NCBI RefSeq assembly: GCF_025561445.1
Contig: NZ_CP095096.1
Coordinates: 141,822-165,821, forward strand
Origin: Staphylococcus sp. IVB6181
GTDB lineage: Bacteria > Bacillota > Bacilli > Staphylococcales > Staphylococcaceae
Length of the DNA stretch: 24,000 bases
Direction of reading: 5' to 3'
Part shown: piece by piece, positions 21,931 to 24,000 of the stretch
How the letters are laid out: the number at the start of each line of letters is the position of its first letter
How positions within the stretch are numbered: position 1 is the first letter of the stretch
Made by a program: the position numbers and the translations under genes
The notes under the pieces: model-generated
Databases searched by the model: none
Told to the model about the DNA's origin: nothing
What the model saw: the letters and a program-made list of their open reading frames with translations, nothing else

Positions 21931-23562
21931 ATGAAAACCAGGAAAGAAAAACATAGAAATATAGTTTATTTCACTTCGGTAGGTATTATCCTGCTAGCAA
22001 CATTGGTTGCGGGAATTTTCCCAAAACTCTTCGGTAAATATGCACAAAGTACGTATGACGTGATTGCAGGGACATTCGGCTGGCTCTTCTTAGTTATTAT
22101 CGTTGTACTGGATATCTTCTTAATTTCGTTAGCCGTATCACGTTTCGGACGTTTCAAACTTGGCGCAGATGATTCTGAACCGGAATTCTCATTCATGTCT
22201 TGGATCGGGATGTTATTCTCGGCAGGACTGGGTGTCGGTATTGTCTTTTGGGGTGTTGCAGAACCTTTAACACACTTCTTGCATTCGCCATTCCCAGGAA
22301 CAGTGAAAGATCAGTCAGAAGAATCCGCACGTTTAGCCATGGGCTATACATTCTTCCACTGGGGTATCTCTCAATGGTCGATTTTCGCTATGGCAGGTTT
22401 AGTAGTGGCTTACTTCCAATTCCGTAAAAAGCGTAACGGATTAATTTCAACAGCGATGGAACCGGTATTCGGTGAAGCGTATCCTAGACCTGTTCGTAAT
22501 CTGATTGATATTTTAGCGATTATCGCAACAGTAATGGGGATTGCGACATCAATCGGTTTAGGTATTATGCAAATCAGCGGCGGTTTGCATCATGTATTTA
22601 ATGTACCGAATACAAACGTAACCAAAGTTGCGATTACAGTATTAATGGTATGTATCTTCCTAGGTTCAGCTTTAACCGGTCTAAACCGCGGTGTGAAATG
22701 GTTAAGTAATATTAATATCGGCCTTGGTGCTATTTTATTAATCTTTATCTTAATCTTCGGAGACTTAAAATTCGTATTAGAGTCTTATACATTAGCTATA
22801 GGTGATTACTTACGTCACTTTATTGAATACAGTTTACGTGTGAATCCATATTCAGGAGAGAACGGATGGGTTCAAAAATGGACAGTCTTCTATTGGGCAT
22901 GGGTCATTGCGTGGTCGCCGTTTATCGGTGGTTTCGTTGCACGTGTATCAAGAGGACGTACTATTCGTGAATTCGTTATCGGCGTATTAATCATTCCGCC
23001 ATTAATTTCATTTACATGGATTGCAGGTTTCGGCGGTACTGCACTTAAGATCGCATTAACGCAAAATACTGGAATTGAAAAGATTGTAGATAAAGATTAC
23101 TCAGTCGCATTGTTCGAGTTGTTAAAACAATTCCCAATCTCAGACATTACAAGTATTTTAGCAATCGCACTTATCTTCATCTTTATCGTCACAAGTGCCG
23201 ACTCTACGACACATATTGTCGCAAGTATGGCTACGGGCGGTGTAGATAACCCGAATATAAAAGACAAAGTTATTTGGGGTCTGCTTATCGGTGCTATCTC
23301 AGTCACAATGACCATTGCGGGCGGACTGACAAGTCTGCAGACTGCATCACTTGTGACAGGCTTGCCATTCTCGATCATTCTGATACTCATGATTGTGTCT
23401 ATCATGCGTGCATTGCGCAGAGAACACACGAAACACTTCCAAATGTCTTATATCGATGACGATACAGACTACTCTATTCCATTAGAGAAACGTGAAAAAG
23501 AAATCGAGAAAGAAGAAGCAGAAGCAGCCAACGACACAAAAACCAATGATAAAGAACAATAA
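21931..23562 (+). CDS. BCCT-family (betaine/carnitine/choline) osmolyte transporter
   Basis: 543 aa with 12 TM segments. BCCT signature region WTVFYWAWVIAWSPFIGGFVARVSRGRTIREF. Hydrophilic acidic C-terminal tail. Confidence 0.9.
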   Translation: MKTRKEKHRNIVYFTSVGIILLATLVAGIFPKLFGKYAQSTYDVIAGTFGWLFLVIIVVLDIFLISLAVSRFGRFKLGADDSEPEFSFMSWIGMLFSAGLGVGIVFWGVAEPLTHFLHSPFPGTVKDQSEESARLAMGYTFFHWGISQWSIFAMAGLVVAYFQFRKKRNGLISTAMEPVFGEAYPRPVRNLIDILAIIATVMGIATSIGLGIMQISGGLHHVFNVPNTNVTKVAITVLMVCIFLGSALTGLNRGVKWLSNINIGLGAILLIFILIFGDLKFVLESYTLAIGDYLRHFIEYSLRVNPYSGENGWVQKWTVFYWAWVIAWSPFIGGFVARVSRGRTIREFVIGVLIIPPLISFTWIAGFGGTALKIALTQNTGIEKIVDKDYSVALFELLKQFPISDITSILAIALIFIFIVTSADSTTHIVASMATGGVDNPNIKDKVIWGLLIGAISVTMTIAGGLTSLQTASLVTGLPFSIILILMIVSIMRALRREHTKHFQMSYIDDDTDYSIPLEKREKEIEKEEAEAANDTKTNDKEQ

Positions 23563-23574
23563 ATGCATTAACAA

Positions 23575-23617
23575 AAAGACGCTGAAAGCCTTTGAGGTTG
23601 TCAGCGTCTTTCTTTCT
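23575..23617. terminator. Bidirectional intrinsic terminator between the convergent BCCT and decarboxylase genes
   Basis: 11-bp stem AAAGACGCTGA (23575-23585) / TCAGCGTCTTT (23601-23611), with T-rich flanks on both strands. Confidence 0.75.
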
Positions 23618-23654
23618 GGAGAGATATGGATAATCATTTCCTTCACCAATTAAG

Positions 23655-24000
23655 TTAAGTGAATGTTTGTTTATCATATACATAAGCAAATGCGGCAATA
23701 TGGTTGTGATGTTGTTCAAAGTAAACACCTTGGATTTCAGGTGCTAAACCTGGAAATCGGTTGATACATTCTTCTAAAGCCAGAAAATAAGATTGTGCAT
23801 GTTCGTTCCAAACTTCTCCTGGGACCACACAGAATATACCTGGCGGATACGGCAAGGCACCTTCAAGTGCAGTTTCACCTTTGATTTCGGAAACTTTGAC
23901 CAGTTTGCTGTGACCTTTTTTGAATGCAATATTCGCTGCTTTAGGAGACATGTTTTGGACTGGAAAGTGTGCTTTCAAAAATAAAAATTTCTGAAGCTCT
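23655..24000 (-). CDS. Orn/Lys/Arg decarboxylase family protein, C-terminal fragment; the start lies beyond the window
   Basis: The frame is open to nt 24000. The C-terminal-domain motif ALEGALPYPPGIFCVVPGEVW is typical of PLP-dependent OKR decarboxylases. Confidence 0.7.
   Translation of the reverse strand, partial: ELQKFLFLKAHFPVQNMSPKAANIAFKKGHSKLVKVSEIKGETALEGALPYPPGIFCVVPGEVWNEHAQSYFLALEECINRFPGLAPEIQGVYFEQHHNHIAAFAYVYDKQTFT

Noticed and set aside
21966-23429. ORFs of 61-110 aa in other frames or on the opposite strand inside the BCCT gene
   Set aside because: They overlap a 543-aa transporter CDS that carries the BCCT signature. They are shadow ORFs.
23474-23984. ORFs 23474-23728 (-) and 23793-23984 (+)
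   Set aside because: The first spans the BCCT 3' end, the terminator and the decarboxylase 3' end in a different frame. The second is antisense to the decarboxylase fragment. Neither has start signals.
1-24000. Search for CRISPR arrays, tRNA/rRNA genes and tandem repeats across the window
   Set aside because: I found no regularly spaced direct repeats, no cloverleaf-like or rRNA-like stretches, and no obvious tandem arrays by eye. Nothing supports such a call.

Overview
This is a low-GC Firmicute chromosomal segment, Staphylococcaceae-like judging by the adh gene, codon usage and AGGAGG-type ribosome-binding sites. All family calls come from motif reading by eye; no database search was possible.

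Conserved housekeeping and transport genes occupy both sides:
- Left side: a truncated SF1B helicase, adh, a three-domain flavin reductase with an MFS transporter, an orphan membrane/coiled-coil protein, and an M20 peptidase.
- Right side: a DUF4870 membrane protein, a tctCBA tripartite tricarboxylate transporter, a BCCT osmolyte transporter, and a truncated Orn/Lys/Arg decarboxylase.

Between about 9.7 and 18.1 kb lies a visibly more AT-rich accessory block that looks like a small defence island. It contains:
1. A NERD nuclease gene, divergent from a tightly coupled operon. The operon encodes a UvrD-like helicase, a DarT/DUF4433-like ADP-ribosyltransferase and an overlapping 220-aa orphan ORF.
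2. A complete 1,824-bp IS3-family element with 34-bp TG...CA inverted repeats and a canonical A_AAA_AAG -1 frameshift site.
3. A RelA/SpoT-type toxSAS toxin gene, broken by a 1-nt frame change in an A-run, coupled to an intact Panacea (PanA-like) antitoxin.
4. A decayed MarR-like remnant.

The helicase-ART-orphan cassette (with or without the NERD gene) is the best candidate for an undescribed system. It does not fit the canonical two-gene DarT-DarG or DarT-NADAR layout.
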